Shown here: piece by piece, positions 42,135 through 53,879 of the stretch | How positions within the stretch are numbered: the first letter of the stretch is position 1 | Layout: every line of letters begins with the position of its first letter | NCBI RefSeq assembly: GCF_006345805.1 | Contig: NC_043011.1 | Location: 18,240,464 to 18,304,463 of the forward strand | Source of the DNA: Octopus sinensis | Taxonomy: Eukaryota | Length of the DNA: 64,000 nucleotides | Direction of reading: 5' to 3' | The notes under the pieces: generated by a model | What the model was told of the DNA's origin: nothing | Databases searched by the model: none | The model's input: only the letters and a program-made list of their open reading frames with translations | Translations under genes and position numbers: made by a program

Positions 42135-42745
42135 GCTTCCAGCTCTCCGCTTTAATAACAACATGGATGTGCTACACCGGGTTTTCCATTAAAAAACAAA
42201 TCTGATCTAATAACATCGGTTATTATTAACGAAAATAATCTTATAAACGAAATTTTACTGTTGTTCACAGCAGAGTTTCTCTCATGCAGTATGTCTCAGT
42301 GAGACATATGCGAAAGACACACGGGAAATCAACATCGGTAAGTTTACAACTTATAGAATATTAGTGAAACAAAACAGTAAGTACGCAAATTTATTAATTA
42401 CGCTTACACTCGAATGTCTACACAAACATATATACATATTAATACTCATAGGACAACACATACAATCAATGTTTACACAATTACATACAATTTACAGGAC
42501 ACATACACGAGTTTGAAAGCATGCGTCACAAACGAAGCAAAAAAATAACAAAACATTTTTTTATTTCAATTTTTCGAACTAACACAGACAGAGTGAACTG
42601 TTTAAAAACATCATTAAAAAACTATGCCCGGAGATAAATTTATCAGCATATAAATTCCAGACGAATACAGATCTGTTAACATGAAGAAGCTACGTTACGA
42701 GCATTTTTTTCATTAAGAGAACTTGGAGTCGGTATTGTCTCAAAA

Positions 42746-42976
42746 GGCGGCTAGCTGGCAGAAACGTTAGCACGCTGGGCGAAATGCGTAGCCGTATTAC
42801 GTCTACTGTTACCTTCTGAGTTCAAATTCCGCCGAGGTCAACGTTGCCTTTCATCCTTTCAGGGTCGATTAAATAAGTACCAGTTACTCACTGGGGTCGA
42901 TGTAATGGACTTAATCCGTGTGTCTGTCCTTGTTTGTCCCCTCTGTGTTTAGCCCCTTGTGGGTAGTAAAGAAATA
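42746..42976 (+). mobile_element. SINE family C, full-length copy with target-site duplication
   Basis: GGCGGCTAGCTGGCAGAAACGTTAGCACG..GAGTTCAAATTCC (B box)..GCCTTTCATCCTTTC..AAAGAAATA; TSD GGTATTGTCT(C/G)AAAA at 42731-42745 and 42977-42991. Confidence 0.9.
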
Positions 42977-43269
42977 GGTATTGTCTGAAAAACATCTCTA
43001 AACAGACAGATTCGTCTCATGATGTCAACGTCCAAGCTCGTCATGTCTTTATGATAAAAAGGCAAAATACAAACCGATTAGCCGTCTCCTTTATTAACAA
43101 GGGTTGCGTAACCTCGGTGAGTAACCAGACTGGATACGAAAAATCAGCTACTCTTTCAATAATTCTCGAAACACACGAGGTGGAGGTACCTCACAGCTGG
43201 AATATTCCAAAAGATGGACATCCACGCTCGTCATGAAATAACCAAAAGAAAAAGAATGAAAATGGTCTA

Positions 43270-43990
43270 GGGGATATATTGAAGAAGTTCTTAAAGCCTT
43301 CTCTCATACCATATATTTTTCCACAAATATATCTAATACTGAACAAACCTACCTACACTGGAGACAGAAACTGCAAGAAGTAAAACCCCTACATAGACAG
43401 TAACAAACTTGTCAACATCACAATAAAAATTATGAAAATGAAATGAATAACTGAATTAGAGATTGACCAATTTAAACTGTCAGTAAAGTATAAAAGAAAC
43501 GAATTTGCAACTAAAGAAGATACTACAAAGGAAATAATTGTAGACCAGCCAGGTCTGATGGAAATGCAATAATGATAGAAAGAGTTTATGTAACTGATAA
43601 GCAAAGTGAAATATTCTCTGAACCAGCCATACATAACAAAGCAGATTAAAGTCAAAGAGATGAAGAATGTCACAGAAATTGATCCAACTGAACTAGATGA
43701 TCTAAAAATCAAATCATGATTAATAGCTGAAAATTTAAGAAACAAGTGTGAATGAAGGTGACACTCTCCTAAAAATTCGCAACTGTAACCAAAACCTGAA
43801 AGTGGTTCGTAAAATCTGCTTTGCACTTAAGGATATATTTTTAGCTAATGATGTTGATATTACAGATCTCGGCCACCTGTACTATAAATCCATGAAAACC
43901 TCAACGACTCTATATGCTGAAAAGATTAGAAATTGACAACATTCCCATAAAAAGCCTACTTGGCAAGAGCTTATTCCACAACAAATTCTG
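43270..43990 (+). mobile_element. Decayed N-terminal part of an R4/Dong-like LINE ORF
   Basis: Fragments TEQTYLHWRQK, KLVNI..IMKMK*ITELEIDQF, DITDLGHLYY and KPTWQELIPQQI resemble the pre-RT region of this clade; heavily degraded. Confidence 0.55.
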
Positions 43991-44009
43991 CTAAAGTCGG
44001 ATGACTAGA

Positions 44010-44999
44010 TCCACAGTTACTAATAGTGCAGAGCTGTTCCAGATTTCTAAAATTATGGCAGCATTAAAAACACAAGGGAACATGGGCCATGAAAGACCTA
44101 GTTTTGGTCGGAAATCAGTATTCTCTAAAAGGAATTGTAGGGCATTAAAACACATTATTTCCAAAATTCATAAAACTCGTTTAACGAAAATGACTGCAGA
44201 GTAAAACGAACTCATTGCAAATGTACTATCGGCCTAAACCGTTCTTCTCGAGCTCCACAGTGCTGGATATCAGGAAAGAGCCGCAATTTAAAATCCTCTC
44301 CTGTCTGTGTTAATATGGGAAAGCGATTAAAATAGTGTAAAGATCATCAGAAGTGATAAATATACCAATTTTATCGTTTCGGAATAATCGTCTTCCACGC
44401 TTTTCTTGAGTTCAAATCAAGTTTACGTCTGGATGCATCCAAAAATATCGTATCATCGCGTCTGCTTGGCGCCTACAGTTAAACATTGAGGAAAATTTGT
44501 ATTATCGTTGGCAGTGATATACTAGAATTATCTCAGTTTTGGAATTGTGCTTCGTTGCAGATTGAACTACCAGAAGTACGAACAAATTTTGGACGACGAA
44601 ATTTTTCATCCCATGCTGGAACGTTTATTTCCTAGTGTTGAAGCAATCTTTGATAATGTTCCAATCCACATTGCTATAGTGGTTCAAAATTCGTTTCAAG
44701 AGCATAAATGTTAAGTGGAACACTTAAATTCGCCCGGACAATCACCAGACGAAGACATTATCGAAATTTCATGGTGCACCTTGCGGCAATAAGTAAGGGA
44801 TCGCTTCCATCCTTCAATGTCGCTGAAGGAGATTGAACAGGGTTTGCTTACTGAATGGCTACAAAATTAGCCTAGCAAGTGTCGAGGAGCCTTACGAGTC
44901 TACTGCTCGACTTATTGCAGCTAAAGGAGGGACAACTCTAAAGTAAATTATATAACACTTATTAGCAAAGTGTTTGCAATATTTCGTGAAACCAATGTA
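44010..44999 (+). mobile_element. Decayed Tc1-like (DD34E) transposon
   Basis: GRKSVFSKRNCRALKHII..TAE, ELHSAGY, VYVWMHP..CLAPTVKH, YEQILDD..HPMLERLFP..DNVPIH, HLNSPGQSPDEDIIEISW (WPxQSPDLNxIE). Confidence 0.88.
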
Positions 45000-46328
45000 T
45001 ATGTGTCTATGTAGATACATACATACGTCTGTTGGTTATGTGCATGTGTAAGTACGCATGTACGGTGGGAAGATAAAACTAAACGTCTGGGTAAATATAC
45101 TGAATTGAAAGTGTGTGTATATACGACAATGTATATATTTGTATAGATATATAAACGTGCTTGTACATAATATATTCCTTATTTCTTTGTGTGTATATAT
45201 ATTTTGATTGTGTGTGTGTGTGTGTGTATGTGGGTATTTGGATATGAATATTTATATGTATACACCTGGTGAATGACCATTTGTATGAATAGATAGGTAA
45301 AGCTTAGTAAATCTTTAGGTATAAAAATCTTAGCGATTTCCTTCGGTAACAGGATAAACGAAATTAAGTTTTACAAGTGGTATATCAGGCATGAGGATGT
45401 CCTGCTGGGAAAGTGATGACCATACGGCACTTCAAGGAAAATAGTCACACACAATAGACATAAATATACTTGTGGTTTGCATCCTGAGATAAAAATAAGA
45501 AAAGAGCAATTGCAATAGAATAAAAAGACAGAATATTAGTTTCGATCTACAGTTTTACAATTCTCTAGCTCTTTGTTTCCTATAGGACTTTCATCGTTAT
45601 ATTATATTCTGTGGTATTGTTATAAGTAGTGTCGCCTTGAATCTATACGGTATTCAGTGAAGAGAACAACATAATTATGGAAAGGCACTTATAGAGATAG
45701 GAAATTGAAAGTAATCCAGTAGTACTTTCAACACAAACTACATGATGAAGTGCCAGCATATAAGTGCTACAGGATCATATTAATTTATGCCAGTATTTAT
45801 AAAACAATATATGGAATGGTATGTATTGACATATGACAAGCAACTAACAGCTACTACACTACATAGAAATATTTGTCGTATTTTGTAATTAAGTCAAGTT
45901 TACTGGATCTTCGTGAATATATATACGTATATATATATATAAAATTGTCCGTTTTTACGTCTTTGTTTCTCTATACATTAGTGGCTTTCTTACAAGGAAT
46001 CTAATGTTCTTAGCATAGTTTTTCCTTGGGGCTGGCCAGATTGGATTGATTTCAAAAATAATCAGCCGGAATTGCGAGGATAATCTGGTTCTTGACTGAA
46101 GATAGAAACCTTCGAATGACACGTCCTTGTTTTCTTTGTATCGTCTATCTGGATGTTTGTTGTCCCTCTTTGTATCTCCTAGTTGTCCAGATGTTTTGCG
46201 TTCTTGTCCCATTTTGTATTATATATATATATAACAATCAATAATAAGTACGTAGAAAACCATACCTTTATTTTAGATCACACCTTAAAAATCCAACAAT
46301 TGTTTCAATTGCATTAACATATACACAC

Positions 46329-46417
<89 letters not shown>

Positions 46418-46778
46418 TATATAGAGGGTACTATTATTCATAGGTAGCGCACGCTAGGAGGGACTTTTACAGTCAAAACTACTAAAATAAACAAATTGTA
46501 CCGAATACAAAACTTCAAAGCGAGTCATTTAAAAACAAAATTTAGTTACATATCACCTGTAATTTCGCAATCAATGCAGAATATGCATTCTATGCTCTTC
46601 AGTGCAACGAACTCAAGACATGTAAGAAAAAACACATCACATACCCGACAACCAACCGTAGAATTCACCGCAGCATGTACGAATGTCTATCTTTACATAT
46701 CTATGAAAATGGCGGGCTTTTTTGCAATGTATTTCAGTAACAACTTACCTACTCGAAAACAATATATATATTTATGTG

Positions 46779-46833
<55 letters not shown>

Positions 46834-47114
46834 CGTAATTTTTAAATTAGTATGTACGGAACCTATTTTAACACAACATTTTCAAGGTAACACAAGTTGG
46901 GGAAATTCTAATGGCAATGCTCTTGGTTGAATGCATGTTTAAAGCTAAATTAGGTTGGACATTTGTTCTTGGTAACGTTCTTAACACCTATTTATTTTTT
47001 GCAGATGCTCAGTTGGAATTTCACCAATGTTGTGTTGCCATAAATTTTCGTACGTAACATTATAATTTTAATAATATTATATATATATATATATACATAT
47101 GTGTGTATGTGTGT

Positions 47115-47162
<48 letters not shown>

Positions 47163-50100
47163 TGTGTGTGAGTGTGTGTATGTATGTAGGTGGGTAGATA
47201 TAGGTTAACTGTATTGATACAGCTGTTGGATTTTTAAGGTGTCATCTAAAACCAAGGTATGGTTTTCTACGTAGATATTAATCGTTGTTTTTAATAAGCT
47301 GGATTTCTTAAAATCTTCATAAGGAATATTGGATTTACCTGTAATACATGAGTATCTACTTTGAATTAATATTCAACTTATATTTACTGCTATGTACCTG
47401 TTGGAAATGTAAACTTATTCCTTTCAACTGAGTTGTTATTTGATATCTACCATGAACTTTTAATCCCATTTATTTTTCTATATATGTGTGTGTTGAGTGT
47501 GTGTTGTGTGTGCATGTGTGTGTATGTCTCCGTGTCCGTGTGTGTATGCATATATTCAGCCACACATATACAAATATGCATACACATATATATATGCAGA
47601 AAGATGGAGAGAGAGCAGAGAAAATAATCTGCAAAATTAGCTGCATCGCATTTCTATCTGGCTCGTTCTCACTGATGCTGGAACTGTTCGAACTGATATT
47701 TATACACCTTATCAAATACAAAAACCAACATGGTGCATTTTGTTTTGGAAATGTGAAATTCCTGTATTCTGACCATGAAATAAGACCTAACCATCTGTCC
47801 GTGTAACTGTGTCTGAATCAGAAATCAATGCGAATAGAGCTCTAAGAACGTTTTCAAGCAAAATATGAATGGTCTGGAAACCAGTGCTTCTGAGAAAATA
47901 TCGATATTGTGATGACATTTAACGTAAATTCATTGATATTTAATAAAAATCCGTCTGACATACGTTTAATAAAATCCGTCTGACATTCAAGGAAGTGAAG
48001 ATAATTCTATGGCTCAATGAAAACACCTCACGTTTTCAATGTCCAAAGATATTGAAGACAGTGTATATAACTGTTTATTTACACCCTTTAGCATACACAT
48101 ACTGCTGAAAACTGTTGATTCCCCTATATTTTAAAGTAGATTATTGACTGGAGTTCCTGATAAATATGAGGTGAAGCCTGATTTAGCTGATGTGAGGTTG
48201 GTTATGTTCCATACAAACTGCCATTGGATTGAATGAAATGATGTAAAATATTTTACTACTAACTGCAAATACGATATATTTTTTTTTTCAGATGAGGGTA
48301 GACATTTTTATCAGTTATTATTGCGTAACACATTAGCTTTGTTAACATAGAACAAAGCCAAATGAACTGTCATTTAACTGTTTTGTTTTGCAGGACAAGG
48401 CCTAATAATTAGTAATTATTTTTGTCAGGTATTTGAATTGCAAAATAAAACAACATATTACAAGATAGCTCAACATATACAATATTACCTTGTTTAATAT
48501 AAAATTGGCGAAAAGGCATGGGTGTCTACAAAATTGCTCGCTACCGCTTCAACTGAGCTGAAGAGAAAATCATACTGCTAACTAAAAATCGTTACCTTGC
48601 TTCATAAAATGTTCGAACCGGATATATTTCTTTCAATTTTAGTGCCTTTTTACATATAGTAGTCTTTCAATAATTTGAGCGTTTATAAACTTTTACCCTA
48701 CATTGTTTAGTAAATTAGATTCATATGAAATCCCAGAGTGTTTGAGGAAGCAAGTTATATCAATAATGCGCGTTGTTCATATGGCAAACTCGATATCAAA
48801 AGGCGACCAGAGCAATTTCCAAATTTTTATATAGGTCTTAGTTGATAAAGTGAATCTAAAATTTGCCAGCAGTTTGCTAATAGAGAACATATTAAAGTAC
48901 CAAAATTGCAAAACGTAAAGTTGGAATCTCATTGTTATGTGAAAAGTAATAAAAGAAAGCATTTCAGTAACAGAAACTCAGTTCAAACAATTAATATAAG
49001 AATTGTGCAGTAAGAACTCTGCTGCACTGCTGGACAACCGGGATCTTAGATGTAGTTCCTAGTTCTTTCTTATATTATATAAGATTTACAGGACCTAGTT
49101 TTAACTGAAGTATTCGAGCTACAGTCTACATTATATGGAAGAAACTCAGGTACGTGCATATTTCTGGAAAACTGTAAGATATCGTACCATGTATACAAAG
49201 TTTACAGTTGTGTGCTGGGAGTGCAGAGGCGACCGAATGTCCGTGAACTAATTTAAAATGATTAAAAAATAAGGTATGTCAGAAATATTGTATCTTTAAT
49301 GCCAGGTGGGAAGAGAAGTGAGGAAAACGAAATCCATTAGGTGATTAAATCGTAAATTCCTCGATCAAAACAAGCAAAGCTCATTGCATTAATTTTGAGA
49401 TATGTAAAAATGTAAAATGTCATGGTATGAGGTATATTTCTATGTCTGGTTGAAAACTGTAATTTTGATTCATGCTTAGACAGACATAGAAATATGAAAT
49501 TCGAAATAATTTGTGAGCTGTCCAAACTCATTAGAAAATAAAAATGATATTTACCATTGAGCTTGTGATCAGAGCCCCATACGAATATTTTTGTAGATAT
49601 AAAGTGGAATTGAGAAATTATAGCAATATCATTTTTATTTATTATGTATTTTCAGAAAAATTTGTTTTACTGTCCGAAAGGAGGAAAAAGCGTTTCTTAA
49701 TTTTCTTTCTTTCACGAAGTTTATAATACAAAGTCGATATTTTATTTGTTTAGAGTTTATGCCTTTTTTTCTTACAATAACTTGCAACATTTCTGCATAA
49801 TTTATATTTACTTCTGGTTTGTTAGTTCTAAAACGGTTTGTCTCTAATGTTTGGCTTTTTAAATAACAGGTCGTTTATTATTATGTCCTCTGAGAATGAA
49901 GAGTGTTTTTTTTCATTTTTGCTGCCTTTCTGAATATTTCTTAATGGTAGATTGAGGTTGAAATTGTCAGATCAAATTCATGTATTTATTGTCATTTTTC
50001 CGTTTGACTTTGTTTTCGAGATATTTCTGTTCTTTTTTTTTACATTTTATAAGCAAGATCAACGAAATATTTTTTTTTTTTTAAATTACAAAAATGTAAA

Positions 50101-52562
50101 CTCCGTTAGTCGTCTTTCATATTATGCAATATTTCAGTTTGCAGTGTCAAACTGCATTATATTTCGATTATTACTCTTTCAACTTATATCCTTATATTAC
50201 GCCTTGTTTTGAGACGTATGTATTCTTTCATTCTAAATTATTGTTGTAAATAATAAGAATATTCACATAATGGAACTTATCTTGTTTAAACTAAAAGCCA
50301 GCTTATGTATATGGAAATAAAGAAAGAAATGGATACTATTGATTTAAAATGAAAATAAAAATCTATTTCTCATATTTTAGACATAATATGCGAATAATCC
50401 TTTTCCCGAATTTAACTTAAATTGACAACTTAACTGACTAAATTGTATTAGCTTTCCTATTTTATTACTTTTGCTTAAATCATCCACAAGGGAATTCTCT
50501 GTTTTGAAAGTGATTTAAATCATTTTATAGCTTATTGCTCAGCGAATTCCAATACAATTTATATTTACACGCGGTATTTGACATTAGTAATATTATCTTG
50601 CCATTCTATAATCCCCAATAGATATATATTTGAGAAGCATTTGTAAGAATTATTCTTTTACTTTCAAAGATCAAGAAATAATGCACGTCTCTTTGACCAA
50701 TAATTTCTGCATAAAATCAATACGAAAATTAAGAAAAAATCTATATAGAACACAAAGCCTACTTTGCAGTCACAGTGGAAGATACTGCCAAGCAATAAGG
50801 AAACAAATTTTGAATGCTAGCGATATTGAAATACATCGATTCGTGTTAAAAGTGAATACTTCATATATAAATTACTAACCTAATTAAATACACGATTAAT
50901 TTTAAAATGTATCAAAAATGCAACAAATAAGGCGATAGGATGAAATCTGAAAATAAATGCGTAAAACTATTTCATGCCGTTCTTGTATATACTGATAAAA
51001 GTTTCAGACGAGTCATATAAATGTATAACTATATAAATACATGGTTCTTCTGAAAATCAATCGTATGTCTCCTAAAATACTCTATTTTAGAGTGTTTTTT
51101 AAATTCATTTATTCTTTTACTTGTTTCTTTCATCTAACTTCGGTAATGTAGAAGACAAATTCATTGTATCGTCAGAAATGTTAATGACCTGTAATAAATT
51201 AATTGTATAACTGGATTTTCGTGCAAAGTTTAAAATTCTGAATCACAAATATTGTCACCATATTAATTACCCCTTATTTGTCAAGGTCCCATATCACGAA
51301 ATAAAATAATTTTTTTTCTTGTTACGAAAGTTAAAGAAACAATAAATTTTGCAATATCTATAGTTTACCAGTTCATGATCTGTACACCGCCATTGAATAC
51401 GGTGAAACAATTAGAAGACGACTTCCATGATTATATTTCTTCTATTGCAACAGTGGAAAAAATATTGGGAGAAATCCCTGTTGGTTATCATTGCTTTTTA
51501 AAACGCTTTACCATCATTGATAAACATTCCGTTAATTCAGAACATATTGTTGTTAAAATCTTTGCAAGAAAAATTGAGTTTGACAGTAAGTTAATTGTTA
51601 GATATATATTTTTCGTAATGCACATCTACATCTTAGTTATTAGTCTCCTGAATACTGCTCTCGTAAATTCTCTTTACTGAGTTAGATGAAACTCCTAAAT
51701 GTGTACTGGTTTCAAAATTGATGCCTATGATTACGAGCAAATATGATGAAAGTTTGACACAAATCTATGATTTAGGACGATTTGGGACAGCACGCCTATA
51801 AAACTACTTTTAATCTAAAAGTATTTCATCTCTGCATTATTAATTTTCAGTATTCAATACCATGGAAGTCTACACAAATGTGTAGATCATACTTAATCGT
51901 TAGGGGATTACACATTTTTTCATATTTCTCCTCGATAAAGTTTTAAGAGAGTCATGAGAATATAAAAAATCACAAGAGAATACAAGCGTTAGGCTAGGTA
52001 TGAAACATTAACACTCTTCATTCAGAGTAGCTCCTCCTCCAAAAAGTGAAAAGTGAAGCTAGATTCAATGAAATCTGAGTAAATCATATCATTCATCAGA
52101 AATCACCACCCAAGGCGATAACTTAACATCAGACGCACATGAAATAATTGATACTACATTTGCATTTATGAACAATGGTACATATATTGAAGGACGGAGG
52201 ACGGTAGAGATAAACAAGCATAATATAGGTAATAAGACTCACTCTGTGTGTATATATATATATATATATGTTTCTTTTGGGACTTTTCTCTTTTCCAATG
52301 AATAGCTATACACCTAACGACAAACACTCTCTTGGCTCTTTTCTCTCTTTCTTTCTCTCCCTCTCTTTCTCTGTATATACATATATATATACATATATAT
52401 ATATATATATTATATATATATATATATATACATACATATATCAGATAGTAAAAAGTGAAAAACCTACAGAAGGCTTGTTTTAAAAGGTTAAAAAATATAT
52501 GTATTTGAGTCAATATGTCTGAAGAATGTTATAATTTTTTTTCTTACAATGACATAGTTTAA

Positions 52563-52602
52563 AAGAAATGACCGGTTTCGCGTTCAGCTTTTCAAATTTT
52601 TT
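52563..52602 (-). ncRNA. Minimal type I hammerhead ribozyme, U3-A8 variant, downstream of the GIY-YIG ORF
   Basis: Same 33-nt core as the other copies; one mismatch in stem I; predicted cleavage after the C at 52570. Confidence 0.78.
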
Positions 52603-52711
52603 ACGTCGTTATGTTTACGTTGAGAAGAGTTATCGTTATGTTTATGTTGAGAAGAGTTCTAGATAAGGGGAAGTAATAAGTGATTTCTTCCGGTGTAAGG
52701 GAGATAATCGC

Positions 52712-53450
52712 TTAAAATTTTTTTCTTTTCTTTTGGAGTGAATTTCTCTGTAAAATTATGTTGGAATGGTTAAGTTTGGGCTTGTATTTTTCAATGAAGA
52801 ATGTTTCCTTGTTTAGTCTAATTTGTGTTGGTGTTCCGATAGCACATTGGTAAAATGGAAAGATTAAAAATTGTGGTAGTAGTTGCTTTGCGCATTTCTC
52901 AATGTGCTCACTAAAGGGTATCATTCTGTATTCTGGGAATGCAATCTGTTGTCGATGCAGTGTGCATCTACGTCTGAGTAATAGTCCCGTGGACCCCACG
53001 TAGTCTTGGTGGCATCCCGAGCATTTTATGACAAATTATGTTTTCAAAGGCACAAGTAAAATTAGATTTGATCTTGAATTTCTGTCCCTCTTTGAAGAGG
53101 AATTCTGATCCTTCTAGCAGGTTTGGACATGTTGCACAGTTCGGTCTACCACATTTTTTTTACTTTTGCATCCGTAATTTCAGGAAACAATTTTGCCTTT
53201 GTGAGAATCTTTTTAAGTGATTTAGGTTGTTTGTAGCTTTTAATGATTTGGTGTATGTTTAGAATTTCCTTTAGTTTGGTGTCCTTATGAAGTATTGGTA
53301 AATTCTGGGTTATGATGATGAAGGCTTCTTTGTTTCTGGGGTTGTATGTGGATATGTAAGGTAGTATTTTCGGGGAAGGTGTGTTGTTGTGTTGAACTTT
53401 CCTTAAAGTTTCTATGTTGATTTCTGTTGCACGTCTGATCCCATCCTCTA
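52712..53450 (-). pseudogene. PLE linker + GIY-YIG endonuclease domain (frameshifted)
   Basis: ORF 52712-52999 plus upstream frames; YVGST, conserved R, H-H and RxxxE..LN motifs. Confidence 0.9.
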
Positions 53451-53508
53451 TGAACTCTTCTCATCATAAACGTAAGGATAACTCTTCTCAACGTAAACAT
53501 AACGACGT

Positions 53509-53548
53509 AAGAAATTTGAAAAGCTGAACGCGAAACCGGTCATTTCTT
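53509..53548 (+). ncRNA. Minimal type I hammerhead ribozyme, U3-A8 variant
   Basis: AAGAAAU(53509-15) UUGAAAA(16-22) GC-UGAAC-GC GAAA(32-35) CCGG UC^(53541) AUUUCUU(42-48); perfect 7-bp stem I. Confidence 0.82.
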
Positions 53549-53745
53549 CTAAACTATGTCATTGGAAGAAAAAAATTTATAACATTCTTCAGACATATTG
53601 ACTCAAATATATATATTTTTTAACCTTTTAAAACAAGCCTTCTGTAGTTTTTTCACTTTTTACTATTTTCTATATATTCAACCACGTGCTTTCACAAACC
53701 AAATTTCTCATCTATACATATATACATATACATATACATATATGT

Positions 53746-53836
<91 letters not shown>

Positions 53837-53879
53837 AGAGAGAGAGATAGATAGATAGATAGATAGGTAGATAGATAGA

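Larger units (their letters stand above)
52445..53712 (-). mobile_element. 5'-truncated Penelope-like element (Neptune-like Cys linker + GIY-YIG) bounded by inverted terminal repeats
   Basis: Minus strand IEDGIRRATEI..LPYISTYNP, KCGRPNCATCP..NFTC, VIKCSGCHQDYVGSTGLLLRRRCTLHRQQI..HIEKC..RLNKETFFIEKYKPKLN. Arms 52445-52650 and 53452-53666 are inverted copies; embedded in (TA)n. Confidence 0.92.

Noticed and set aside
47941-47986. Short tandem duplication TAATAAAATCCGTCTGACAT
   Set aside because: Ordinary slippage duplication with no further structure.
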